Positions 30,983-39,088 of a DNA stretch of 64,000 nt are shown in pieces. The position numbers and the translations under genes are program-made. Source of the stretch: a virus; IMG/VR virus record IMGVR_UViG_3300000271_000006, positions 1-64,000 of that record. The stretch is one strand, 5' to 3'. Every line of letters begins with the position of its first letter. Positions within the stretch are counted from its first letter, which is position 1. The notes beneath the pieces are model-generated. The model had not been told where the DNA came from. It did not search any database and worked only from the letters and a program-made list of their open reading frames with translations.

Positions 30983-31524
30983 AGTTTTCTCGCACATGGG
31001 CAATGCCAAGTGAGGACACGTTTAGCGTCCCACCAATTGGCGCATTTGTGCGCAGTTATCTAAGCTCCGCCAATGTGTCTGTTGATCCTTTCGCTCGCGA
31101 TAAACGCTGGGCAACGCACACCAATGACCTAAACCCGGCTACGCAGGCCGAATACCACTTGGACGCTGAAAAGTTCCTTATGATGCTTGGCAAGCAGGGT
31201 GTAAAAGCGGACCTAGTAATCTTCGACCCGCCATACAGCCCGCGCCAAATCAGCGAGTGCTACAAGTCGGTCGGGCTAGAAGTAGGCATGAAGGAAACGC
31301 AGTCGGCGCTGCTCTATCAGCGCGTGCGCAACGCCATAGTGCCAATCCTCACGGAGGGCGCCATCGTACTTTCGTTTGGGTGGAATACCGTTGGCATGGG
31401 AAAAAAGCGCGGATTTGAGATAATTGAAATCCTGCTGTGCTGTCATGGTGGTGCGCACAATGATACGATTTGCATGGCCGAGAGGCGGGTTAAGGATTGT
31501 CAGCAACAAATAAAATTCCTTTGA
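30979..31524 (+). CDS. putative DNA methyltransferase (DPPY motif)
   Basis: ORF track 30784..31524. ATG 30979 makes an ATGA overlap. DLVIFDPPYSPRQ matches motif IV of N6A/N4C methyltransferases. Confidence 0.6.
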   Translation: MKFSRTWAMPSEDTFSVPPIGAFVRSYLSSANVSVDPFARDKRWATHTNDLNPATQAEYHLDAEKFLMMLGKQGVKADLVIFDPPYSPRQISECYKSVGLEVGMKETQSALLYQRVRNAIVPILTEGAIVLSFGWNTVGMGKKRGFEIIEILLCCHGGAHNDTICMAERRVKDCQQQIKFL

Positions 31525-32243
31525 TGAAAACCTACGAACTGAAATCTAACAAGAACAAGCTGGACGCCATTGTGGGCGTGGCAGCTACGGGCAACGACCT
31601 AAAGGAATCGGTCCATTGGGTTGACTCCGCCGCGCTTGCCATCTTGCACGTTCCGGACGGCTTTACGCCCGCCCAGGGGCGGCAGGGCACGGTCTTTGTG
31701 CGCCACCCCAGCCACCCGCCCATGATTGGCGCGATCCTTCGCGATGCCGCAACCCGCTTCATCAGAGGCGAGTGCGTGGCGTTTGCGCGAACGGATGTGG
31801 CCTTTGAAACCGACCTGCGCCACATCCACGACTACATTGAAAAGCATGGGCTGGGGCGGACTTGGGTAATCGGAACCGCAGACTTCATCATCCTGAGTAA
31901 CGCCGTCGTCAAAGCGGTGGCCAATTCGGGAGAGCTTGACTTCATCCCCGCAACCGACCTTGTTTCAGCCATCACGAAAGTAGCCAAAACAAGGGTGGGC
32001 CACAACCGCTACCATAGCGGCGTCTACTTGAATATCGGCTACCCCAAGGTTTATGCTGAGGCAACGGAGCCCGCCCCATTCTCGTTTAGTGAGTCGGTGG
32101 CGGAAGAGTACGGCTTCGGCGACCGGGTCCACGTTGAAACCACGGCAAGTAACGCGAGTACGGTGACGGTTTCGGTTGACGCGAGTGAGAAGTCGTCAAC
32201 AAAGGCGAAGCGAGGCCGCAAACCAAGGAAAGTCGTCAAGTAA
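31524..32243 (+). CDS. hypothetical protein
   Basis: ORF track 31497..32243. ATG 31524 shares 1 nt with the upstream stop. Basic C-terminal tail KAKRGRKPRKVVK. Confidence 0.6.
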   Translation: MKTYELKSNKNKLDAIVGVAATGNDLKESVHWVDSAALAILHVPDGFTPAQGRQGTVFVRHPSHPPMIGAILRDAATRFIRGECVAFARTDVAFETDLRHIHDYIEKHGLGRTWVIGTADFIILSNAVVKAVANSGELDFIPATDLVSAITKVAKTRVGHNRYHSGVYLNIGYPKVYAEATEPAPFSFSESVAEEYGFGDRVHVETTASNASTVTVSVDASEKSSTKAKRGRKPRKVVK

Positions 32244-32284
32244 GGCGAACATCCGGGATTAGGGACGCGCCGGTACTGCCTCCC

Positions 32285-32394
32285 CCGAACTCCTGAGATG
32301 AGCCACACGGCGCGAAAACTTTATGGAAACTCAAACTAAAAAAACCACCGGAGAAGGACAGACCGCCGTGTTGCGCTCTGGCGATTTGTTCGGC
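32285..32394 (+). repeat. attC-like structured inverted repeat (copy 12)
   Basis: CCGAAC-TCCTGAGAT-GAGCCACACGGCG-[loop with ATG 32323]-CGCCGTGTTGCGCTC-TGGCGATTT-GTTCGGC. 13 bp with two bulges, and the outer boxes are complementary. Confidence 0.75.
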
Positions 32395-32757
32395 GAGACC
32401 GTCCGCAAGCACAACCTCGCGGTCGAATCACTGACAGAGCAACAGCTCGCTGAAGTCATCCGTCAGGCTATCGCATCCGGTGACATCGTGCGGAACGTGA
32501 CGCACGACGGCTCCGCGCAGGCGATCACCTACATCCCATATCGCGAGGTCTCGCGCCTGCGGGACCAGTATCACGAACTACTCTATGCGGTCGCCAGCAA
32601 GCATGACGGCGAGACGCGACACGAGACAGCCCTGCGCTACATCAAGGAGCGCGAAGACCACTCGTGCGGCGACTGCGATCCGTGCTTGGGTGGGCGACCC
32701 GACCAATGCGCTCTTTCTTCGCCGAAGAAGGCGGATATGCCGACGTGCAGTGAATAA
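32323..32757 (+). CDS. hypothetical protein (single accessory cassette ORF)
   Basis: ORF track, 144 aa. The ATG lies in the loop of repeat 32285..32394. The C-terminus KKADMPTCSE is encoded by the shared 54-nt segment. Confidence 0.5.
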   Translation: METQTKKTTGEGQTAVLRSGDLFGETVRKHNLAVESLTEQQLAEVIRQAIASGDIVRNVTHDGSAQAITYIPYREVSRLRDQYHELLYAVASKHDGETRHETALRYIKEREDHSCGDCDPCLGGRPDQCALSSPKKADMPTCSE

Positions 32758-32768
32758 GTTTAACTAAT
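32715..32768 (+). repeat. 54-nt segment shared (inverted) with 12930..12983
   Basis: See the partner entry. It forms the promoter-distal end of the single-cassette insertion after 31524..32243. Confidence 0.85.
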
Positions 32769-32821
32769 AGCAAGCAAGACAAGTATTCCTATTCTTACTT
32801 GTTACGAAATAAACTCACTTT

Positions 32822-34132
32822 ATGGCAAGTGAAGGAGTAATGACACTTGGCAGGTTTGGGGACGTGATTATCTCGCTCCCAATCGCCCATAGGCTTGCCG
32901 AGCAGGCAGGCCAACCAACGCGGTTCTACGTCAGCCGTGACTTTTCCTCAATCATGGACGGGGTAAGCTATGTTGCTCCCGTAGTCATTGACCTGCCCTA
33001 CAACAATCTTCCAGAGGCATTGCGCCTTACCCCGCCGAACGTAAGGGTTGCGCAGTACCACACCAACCCAAACCGCTCCCGCCAAACCAAGTCCTTCCAG
33101 TCTGAGGCATGGCGGTTGGCTGGGATGGACCCTAACTTGGCCAATTCGGTTCCGATCTTCGACCGCCGAAGCCCCGAGCGCGAAAGGGCTCTCATAGCCG
33201 CTATTCCCAAGCCATATATCCTTTTTTGCGGATTCTCCCATAGCAGCCCATTCCCAAAGGCAGAAAGCCTCTTAAAAGCCCTGCAAACCGCCTTCCCATG
33301 CCACTACGTTTACGACATCGGCAACCTGCGAGCGGAACGGGTCTATGACCTGATCGGCCTGATGGACGAAGCGGAACTGCTTGTCACGGTGGACACGATG
33401 CACCTCCACCTTAGCCGCGCATCCAAAGTGCCTTCGGTAGTGATTACGAATAATGGGTGGTACGGTTCGCTACCTCCGCCCAACTGCGTCTCGTGGACTA
33501 GTTACGCTTCCGTAACGGCATACAATCTTGTGCTTACCTGCTCTGCTGCGCTAGGTCGCGCTAGCCAGCTACTCCACGTCGTCAGTCCTTATGGCGAAAA
33601 CGAGCGCCAAACGCAGGCAATGGCTACATGGGAGAACCCAATTAAGGTGGGCGCAGAGACGATCAACCAAGTTCTTGCCTCCCATAAGTGTAGCGACAGG
33701 GACGTGATCCTTTGGACCAACAACGACATCCAGCTTAACGATGAACTGCGCAAGAAAATCCACGACCACGTAAGCGTTTACGGTTGCGCATCCTTCCACC
33801 GCAACGAAGAAGGGCATGTAGGCAGGGATGGTTTTGCGTTTAGGGCTGACGTGCTGGCTAAGATGCTCCCGCGCATCCCCAGGTTCTACTTAGGCTACCC
33901 CATGTTTGACCTAGTGATTGCTGCCATGATCCGCGAATACCACGGCCTGCGTAAATCAACCTTGGGGAACATGGCGGAAAGAATCTTTCCAGCCGAGATT
34001 CCCGGTTTCGCGCTACCCCACGAACCCCATAAGAGCGAATGGGTTGGCCGCGACTCCCACCCCAAATACCAAGAGAACAGAAAAAATGCGCTTGACTGGA
34101 CTAGGCGGTTTATGCCTTCGTTGGCGTTATGA
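32822..34132 (+). CDS. putative glycosyltransferase (GT9/heptosyltransferase-like N-domain)
   Basis: ORF track, 436 aa. N-terminal MTLGRFGDVIISLPIAHRLAEQ resembles the GT9 opening motif. The rest is unassigned. Confidence 0.5.
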   Translation: MASEGVMTLGRFGDVIISLPIAHRLAEQAGQPTRFYVSRDFSSIMDGVSYVAPVVIDLPYNNLPEALRLTPPNVRVAQYHTNPNRSRQTKSFQSEAWRLAGMDPNLANSVPIFDRRSPERERALIAAIPKPYILFCGFSHSSPFPKAESLLKALQTAFPCHYVYDIGNLRAERVYDLIGLMDEAELLVTVDTMHLHLSRASKVPSVVITNNGWYGSLPPPNCVSWTSYASVTAYNLVLTCSAALGRASQLLHVVSPYGENERQTQAMATWENPIKVGAETINQVLASHKCSDRDVILWTNNDIQLNDELRKKIHDHVSVYGCASFHRNEEGHVGRDGFAFRADVLAKMLPRIPRFYLGYPMFDLVIAAMIREYHGLRKSTLGNMAERIFPAEIPGFALPHEPHKSEWVGRDSHPKYQENRKNALDWTRRFMPSLAL

Positions 34133-34584
34133 GAGGAATCCAATTTGGTTCAGGCGGTCGTAAGATTGATGGATGGGCTAACCATGATCGGGATTTGGAC
34201 ATCTCGGTTACGCCATTCAAGATTCCTGACAACCATTACGACGCAGCATTTGCGTCCCACGTTGTTGAGCATATCACCGGCCCGCAAGCCCTGCGATTCT
34301 TTCAGGAGTGCCACCGAATCATTAAGCCGGGAGGCTGGCTGCGAATCTCAATCCCGGTAGTAGGCCCTTGGCTCACCCTTGACCACGCCCGCGACCTCAC
34401 CGTAAACCACGGCCACCTTTGCTGTTGGAATGAGGACTTGCTTCGCGCCTTCTTTTGGATGGCTGGGTTTGACCAGCAAAAAACCCGCAGGGTTGATCGG
34501 GATGACCGCTACGACCGCCACCACCTTGAAATTGGAGAAGAGCTTGACGCTATCGAAAGCTGCCGGATGATTGCTTGGAAATGA
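34129..34584 (+). CDS. class I SAM-dependent methyltransferase (type 11-like)
   Basis: ORF track, 151 aa, with IQFGSGGRKIDGWANHD and ASHVVEHITGPQALRFFQECHRIIKPGGWLRISIP. Confidence 0.7.
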   Translation: MRGIQFGSGGRKIDGWANHDRDLDISVTPFKIPDNHYDAAFASHVVEHITGPQALRFFQECHRIIKPGGWLRISIPVVGPWLTLDHARDLTVNHGHLCCWNEDLLRAFFWMAGFDQQKTRRVDRDDRYDRHHLEIGEELDAIESCRMIAWK

Positions 34585-34648
34585 AGGAAATAAGGCTTTC
34601 CAATTCCGATCTTGTCGCAGTGGTTGACGACGAAGACTACGATCTAGT

Positions 34649-35344
34649 ATGAAATACCTACTTGGCAGCGGCTATTACCGCCCGGAAAACAGCGGCTACG
34701 ATCTATTCAAGTATAATTGGGCGGAAAATACGGCTAAGGCTGCCCCAGCACCAAACATGGTGGTAATTATTTGCGCGGGCCACGAGGCCCCGGAGACCGT
34801 TGGTGCATTTCACCCAATACAAGCACTTGAACTTCGCATGGGTCAGAATTTAGGCCATGTTGGCGACCTGCTTAACGGAAGTAAAGCATATGAGTTTTGT
34901 GGATGGTCTGCCTCGGTTCTTGCCCTAGCCCTGCTGGCATACAATGCCGAACTAGACTTGCTTTACAAAGAATCTGATGCCCTAGCCTTCGGCCCTTGGG
35001 TAGAGCGCATGTACGCAGATATGGGCGACGGAGATATGGTGTTCGGGCGAAAGATGAACAGCCCGCCCTACATGGCCTGCTCCCAAAGCCTGTTCCTGAT
35101 CCGCCACCGATTCCTGCCGGCCTTCGTAGCCTCCTACATCGCAATGGGGAAGGACGGGGACCCGCACAACCTACCCGAGACCAAGTTTGCCAAGTTGGAA
35201 GAGATTATCGGGACAGACCGGATTAAGCGGCTTAGTTTTGGCGTGGATCGAGAAAGACCTATTCCTTGGGACGACGAGGTTTTCTTTGCTCAGAAGTGGA
35301 CCGATGAGGAACTTAACGAAGCCAAGCGAAGGGAGTTGATATGA
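34649..35344 (+). CDS. hypothetical protein in glycosylation cluster
   Basis: ORF track, 231 aa. Confidence 0.6.
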   Translation: MKYLLGSGYYRPENSGYDLFKYNWAENTAKAAPAPNMVVIICAGHEAPETVGAFHPIQALELRMGQNLGHVGDLLNGSKAYEFCGWSASVLALALLAYNAELDLLYKESDALAFGPWVERMYADMGDGDMVFGRKMNSPPYMACSQSLFLIRHRFLPAFVASYIAMGKDGDPHNLPETKFAKLEEIIGTDRIKRLSFGVDRERPIPWDDEVFFAQKWTDEELNEAKRRELI

Positions 35345-35925
35345 CCGACCAAACCGTCCACCTTATCCACCTAGGAGAGCCGAGTGGTTACGCCTACGGC
35401 CAAGCCCGCGAAGCTGTTAACTCCTTTAACGCGATGGGCAATCCTTGCGCGCTATGGGAGGAGGACGACCTTCGCCTGCGCTATGGTAGGGCTTTGGTGA
35501 ACCGAGTCGTCATGGACTTCCCCTCGCTTGCCGGCGCAAGCAACGTGTTCCGCCTCTGGGTCATCAACGACTTCGGGGGTATCTACGCCGATACGGACAT
35601 CATCTGCCACAAGCCAATCCACAAGCTCTTTGAGCACGAGGCATTCGGCGCAATCCAAGATGACGAAGGCCGCATCTGCAATGCGTTCTTTGGTGCTCGC
35701 AAAAACCACCCATGGATTCGGTGGCAGATTGACCATGTTTACGAATACAAGGGGCTTGGGGCGTACTGGGGGGTTGACCTAATGAGCCGCGCCCCTCGCG
35801 AGGGAGTAACGCTTATCGACCCCGCAATCTGCTACCCCTATTCATGGACAACCCCAAAGGACGAACGCAAACTAAAGCCCGAAACGCTCGTTGAGCACAA
35901 ATGGGCTGGGAGCTGGATCAAATGA
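35341..35925 (+). CDS. glycosyltransferase, DXD sugar-binding type (GT32-like)
   Basis: ORF track, 194 aa. SNVFRLWVINDFGGIYADTDI matches the Gly_transf_sug signature. Confidence 0.65.
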   Translation: MTDQTVHLIHLGEPSGYAYGQAREAVNSFNAMGNPCALWEEDDLRLRYGRALVNRVVMDFPSLAGASNVFRLWVINDFGGIYADTDIICHKPIHKLFEHEAFGAIQDDEGRICNAFFGARKNHPWIRWQIDHVYEYKGLGAYWGVDLMSRAPREGVTLIDPAICYPYSWTTPKDERKLKPETLVEHKWAGSWIK

Positions 35926-36719
35926 TCCTAATTTTTACAATCTGCCGCAATGGGATGCCGTTCATCAAGCATCACATTGAGGAGTTCAAGAAGCTGGACG
36001 AACCTTGGGAGTGGTACATTGCGGAGGGCGCATCCAACAACAAGCGGGATACGGCGTGGTGCGCGACTCCCGAGCCAGGCCTTTCGGGCGATGGCACGAC
36101 GGAGTACCTGCAAAAGCTATCGGTCGCCAACGACAACGTTTTCGTCTACCGCAACCGTCTTTGGCCATGCAAGACCTCAATGGTCAATACGCTTACCTCG
36201 GCCATGCACAACGACGGGGTGCTCATTCAGGTTGACGTGGATGAGTTCTGGACGGCGGAGCAACTTGCTAAAATCTCGTTCCTGTTTCGCGCCAACCCAA
36301 CCTACACCGCAGCAAGGTTTGACTGCCGGTACTACGTAGGCAAAAACCTGGCCAGCGTTAAACGCGGAACATACGGCAATAATCCGGGAGAATGGGTCAG
36401 GGCTTGGCGGTTCAAGGTGGGCGATACCTTCAAGTCCCATGAGCCCCCCGTCATGCACGGCCCGCAACCCCGCATCATTGACAACGAGACAACGCGGAAG
36501 TGCGGGCTTGTCTTTGACCACCTAAGCTGGGTGTTCCCCGATCAGGTCAAGAAGAAGGAGAAGTTTTACAAGTACGAGGGAGCCTATGCTGGCTGGGAAA
36601 GGCTGCAATCCAATGACAAATTCCCCGCCCCCCTAAATCGGTTCTTGCCTTGGGTGGATAAGGGGGCTGTTGTGGACCGAATCAACCCGCCAGAACGAAT
36701 CCAACGAATCTTTCAATAG
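35922..36719 (+). CDS. putative GT-A glycosyltransferase (family 2-like)
   Basis: ORF track 35901..36719. ATG 35922 makes an ATGA overlap. Contains MILIFTICRNGMPFI..., DGTTEYL and VDVDEFW. Confidence 0.55.
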   Translation: MILIFTICRNGMPFIKHHIEEFKKLDEPWEWYIAEGASNNKRDTAWCATPEPGLSGDGTTEYLQKLSVANDNVFVYRNRLWPCKTSMVNTLTSAMHNDGVLIQVDVDEFWTAEQLAKISFLFRANPTYTAARFDCRYYVGKNLASVKRGTYGNNPGEWVRAWRFKVGDTFKSHEPPVMHGPQPRIIDNETTRKCGLVFDHLSWVFPDQVKKKEKFYKYEGAYAGWERLQSNDKFPAPLNRFLPWVDKGAVVDRINPPERIQRIFQ

Positions 36720-36720
36720 T

Positions 36721-36870
36721 ATGAATACTACGAATCGACTCGGGCCACACGCACCCGAAACACAGAAGGTGCTCGACGCCGGGCTGCACGAGCGAGCGGC
36801 TGATCTGCCGCCTGAGTTGGCACAATGGCGCGATGCTGCTCCCGACAGCCCGTTTCCGCCGAACTCCTAA
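36721..36870 (+). CDS. 49-aa ORF (accessory array D, d1)
   Basis: ORF track 36670..36870. ATG 36721 comes directly after the upstream stop. Its TAA stop lies in the spacer of repeat 36859..36957. Confidence 0.35.
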   Translation: MNTTNRLGPHAPETQKVLDAGLHERAADLPPELAQWRDAAPDSPFPPNS

Positions 36871-36957
36871 GATGTGCAAGATGCACCAACTCTATCACTC
36901 TATAAAAAACACTAAAAACGTCCGCTGGTGCATCTTGGCACTGGCGATTTGTTCGGC
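36859..36957 (+). repeat. attC-like structured inverted repeat (copy 13)
   Basis: CCGAAC-TCCTAAGAT-GTGCAAGATGCACCA-[37-nt loop, no ATG]-TGGTGCATCTTGGCAC-TGGCGATTT-GTTCGGC. 15 bp with one bulge. Confidence 0.75.
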
Positions 36958-37138
36958 CTTCTGCGCGTCCGGCTGTATGGATTCACGCACGCTAGCCAAA
37001 GATGCGCCAGAAGTTCTGCAAACCATCGAACTGCAAGGCTGTGAATACTTCTTCACGGAGTTCAGTGCCCGCCAATCCAACAACTATGCGGTGGCGATCA
37101 ACGCCTCGGCCGAGGCGGAGGGGGAAGTGTTTGGGTGA
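36872..37138 (+). CDS. putative secreted protein or lipoprotein (d2)
   Basis: ORF track 36833..37138. MCKMHQLYHSIKNTKNVRWCILALAICSAFCASGCMD has a signal peptide with an imperfect lipobox (ASGC). The signal peptide is encoded by the 3' arm of repeat 36859..36957. Confidence 0.5.
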   Translation: MCKMHQLYHSIKNTKNVRWCILALAICSAFCASGCMDSRTLAKDAPEVLQTIELQGCEYFFTEFSARQSNNYAVAINASAEAEGEVFG

Positions 37139-37210
37139 ACCATGCGGAAGAGGCGTCTCTCATGGTCCAGAATTTCTGTCAGCCAACCGAAAATCAAAAA
37201 TCCAATACAA

Positions 37211-37265
37211 TGAACAATGCCATGAGCCATGAGCGAAGCGAATTGGCTCCATGAGCTGGTTGGAC
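37211..37265 (+). repeat. attC-like structured inverted repeat (copy 14, short)
   Basis: GAACAATGCCAT-GAGCCA-[14 nt]-TGGCTC-CATGAGCTG-GTTGGAC. An alternative upstream 5' arm CAGCCAAC-CGAAAA lies at 37180. Confidence 0.55.
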
Positions 37266-37594
37266 TCCGTAATAACTTTTTAAATACAATGAAAGCATCC
37301 GATTACAAAATGACCGTGAATCAGCGCATCGAGGTCGAGCATCTGACCGAAAGGGCGCAGGACGATCTAGAGTCCACGCTAGCTCGCCTGGTGTGCCAGC
37401 GCGACCTAGCAATAGAGGGCGCAACCAAGCAAAAGGCCGAATCCGACGATCAGGCCCAATGGGCCAAGGATGCCAGCGCACGAATGAACCGCATGGAAGA
37501 CGCCATCCGCGCGGTGCTGGCGGTCAATATACCGCTGCCGTCTGGACTCGGGGCGCAACTCTGCAACGCCATCGAATACAACGAAAAACCATGA
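37229..37594 (+). CDS. hypothetical protein (d3)
   Basis: ORF track, 121 aa. An alternative in-frame ATG at 37289 (MKASDYK) lies 23 nt after the GTTGGAC box. Confidence 0.5.
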   Translation: MSEANWLHELVGLRNNFLNTMKASDYKMTVNQRIEVEHLTERAQDDLESTLARLVCQRDLAIEGATKQKAESDDQAQWAKDASARMNRMEDAIRAVLAVNIPLPSGLGAQLCNAIEYNEKP

Positions 37595-37986
37595 ACCGAG
37601 AAATCTTTAATCTCTTCGCAGACAACAAACCGCTTCCGAAAAATGCCATGCTCCGAGGCGAACCGATTTCGCGCATCGCACTTGAAAGCGCGAACAAAGT
37701 CCCGAACCACATGAGCGAACACGTTCCGTTCTGGGTGCTCGGTTGGCGTGACCTGCATGATGACCTTACGATCCGCTCAGAAGCTGTCTGCTACGGCGGG
37801 CCGTGGGACGGTCGCGAAGTCATCGACGCGGGCGAATACAAGGCCGAGAAACTCGACCGCCAAACGGGGCTGATCCACGTCTATGAGCGCAGCGCACGCG
37901 GCTTTGACTACCGGGGCACGCAGCTTTTCGGCTCTCTGTCCAACAATAAGCTGACCGGCGCGGGCAGCAGCCCGCGTTCGGTCTAA
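37591..37986 (+). CDS. hypothetical protein (d4)
   Basis: ORF track 37393..37986. ATG 37591 makes an ATGA overlap (MNREIFNLFADNKPLPKN...). Confidence 0.55.
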   Translation: MNREIFNLFADNKPLPKNAMLRGEPISRIALESANKVPNHMSEHVPFWVLGWRDLHDDLTIRSEAVCYGGPWDGREVIDAGEYKAEKLDRQTGLIHVYERSARGFDYRGTQLFGSLSNNKLTGAGSSPRSV

Positions 37987-38006
37987 CGCCTTGTTCGCCA
38001 ATTTTT

Positions 38007-38333
38007 ATGAACACCGAAGGACCTCGAAAATTCACTATTCCGCGGCGCTCCGTAACCGAATGCGGAGCCTGCAAGTATCACGTCTGTCATAGCTCTTTCC
38101 ACACCCGTAGCGGATCGGGCGGGTGGCGCGATTATGCCTGCTCGCATCCCGACGCATTCAAAGACGAATCGCTTGTCGGCGTGGCACCGGAAGAAAACGC
38201 GGCGCTCGTGGCGCACATCGCCGCGATTGAGAAGCAGAGCTACGGGGGCCGGCTGATTGGTCGCACCGAAGCGACGCCCAACTGGTGCCCATATTTGGCG
38301 AACACCAAGGTGAGCCACACGGCCGGGAAATAA
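38007..38333 (+). CDS. Cys-rich hypothetical protein (d5)
   Basis: ORF track, 108 aa. Its stop lies in the loop of repeat 38297..38418. Confidence 0.5.
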   Translation: MNTEGPRKFTIPRRSVTECGACKYHVCHSSFHTRSGSGGWRDYACSHPDAFKDESLVGVAPEENAALVAHIAAIEKQSYGGRLIGRTEATPNWCPYLANTKVSHTAGK

Positions 38334-38418
38334 CTCTATGAGCAATACAACCGAACAGAAAACCCCTGATGCGAGTAGCGCGGCCAATGGCCGTGTTGGC
38401 TCTAGCGATTTGTTAGCC
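38297..38418 (+). repeat. attC-like structured inverted repeat (copy 15)
   Basis: GGCGAAC-n8-GAGCCACACGGCC-[loop with the stop of d5 and ATG 38338]-GGCCGTGTTGGCTC-TAGCGATTT-GTTAGCC. 13 bp with one bulge. Confidence 0.75.
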
Positions 38419-38553
38419 GCTTTGGGCGGAAGCATGTGTGTAAGCGGCGAAGTGCTGACCGGGCAGCGCGCACTCGACTACATCGAAACAATGCACCCGG
38501 TGGACCGCGGATCACTCGTGGAAGACCTGCGCAGCCTCGAAATGCTCAAATAA
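38338..38553 (+). CDS. hypothetical protein (d6)
   Basis: ORF track, 71 aa. The ATG lies in the loop of repeat 38297..38418. Confidence 0.5.
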   Translation: MSNTTEQKTPDASSAANGRVGSSDLLAALGGSMCVSGEVLTGQRALDYIETMHPVDRGSLVEDLRSLEMLK

Positions 38554-38554
38554 T

Positions 38555-38755
38555 ATGGACTTCTCTGGAATGCCCGGACCGGGCGCTTTCTTCTTCGTCG
38601 CGGCCCTCGTGTGCTCGCTTCTCGCAACTCTCGTCGGCGTGGCCCTAAAGCTCGGCGGCGTGCTCTTGCTCTCGTGGTGGTGGGTGCTTTCGCCGCTGCC
38701 TATTCTGCTCGTGCTGGCGGTAATCGTGGCCGGCCTCGGAGCTTTGTTCGGCTAA
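38555..38755 (+). CDS. two-TM membrane protein (d7)
   Basis: ORF track, 66 aa, strongly hydrophobic. It ends in ...GALFG, encoded by a degenerate GTTCGGC box. Confidence 0.5.
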   Translation: MDFSGMPGPGAFFFVAALVCSLLATLVGVALKLGGVLLLSWWWVLSPLPILLVLAVIVAGLGALFG

Positions 38756-38779
38756 CGACCAAGGTCAGACACGCTCGCC

Positions 38780-39088
38780 ATGAAGAATAATAAAATCCCC
38801 GCGCGTAGAACCAGCTCCCGAAAACGGACGGCTGGCGAGCGTTGTTCTGTAGCGACTGGTTCTCATGCCGTGCGCAAACGGCGGGACTCCTTCGACATCG
38901 GCCAAGCCGCGAGGATCAAGGGACTCAAGCGGATCGATAACCCCTACGAAGGCTTTTCGTATTCGTGGTATGGGTGGGACGCCGGATGGTCTGTCGAAGA
39001 CCAGAATCTCGGGCATGAGAACGCTGAGGTCTCGCACAGAGACCGGGAGCGCCAGCCCGATGCCGATCAACCACCCAAGCAACCCTAA
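38780..39088 (+). CDS. ribosome-modulation-factor (Rmf)-like domain protein (d8)
   Basis: ORF track, 102 aa. FDIGQAARIKGLKRIDNPYEGFSYSWYGWDAGWS fits the G..A...G......NPY.....W..GW pattern of Rmf-like proteins. Confidence 0.45.
   Translation: MKNNKIPARRTSSRKRTAGERCSVATGSHAVRKRRDSFDIGQAARIKGLKRIDNPYEGFSYSWYGWDAGWSVEDQNLGHENAEVSHRDRERQPDADQPPKQP

Noticed and set aside
37938-37999. Possible additional short element copy (GTCCAAC ... GCGCGGGC-agca-GCCCGCG ... GTTCGGT/GTTCGCC)
   Set aside because: It has a good 7-bp hairpin and box-like words, but the spacer lengths and box pairing do not fit the family cleanly. It is left out of the feature list and mentioned only as a degenerate candidate. The same applies to the GTTCGGC at 38746.
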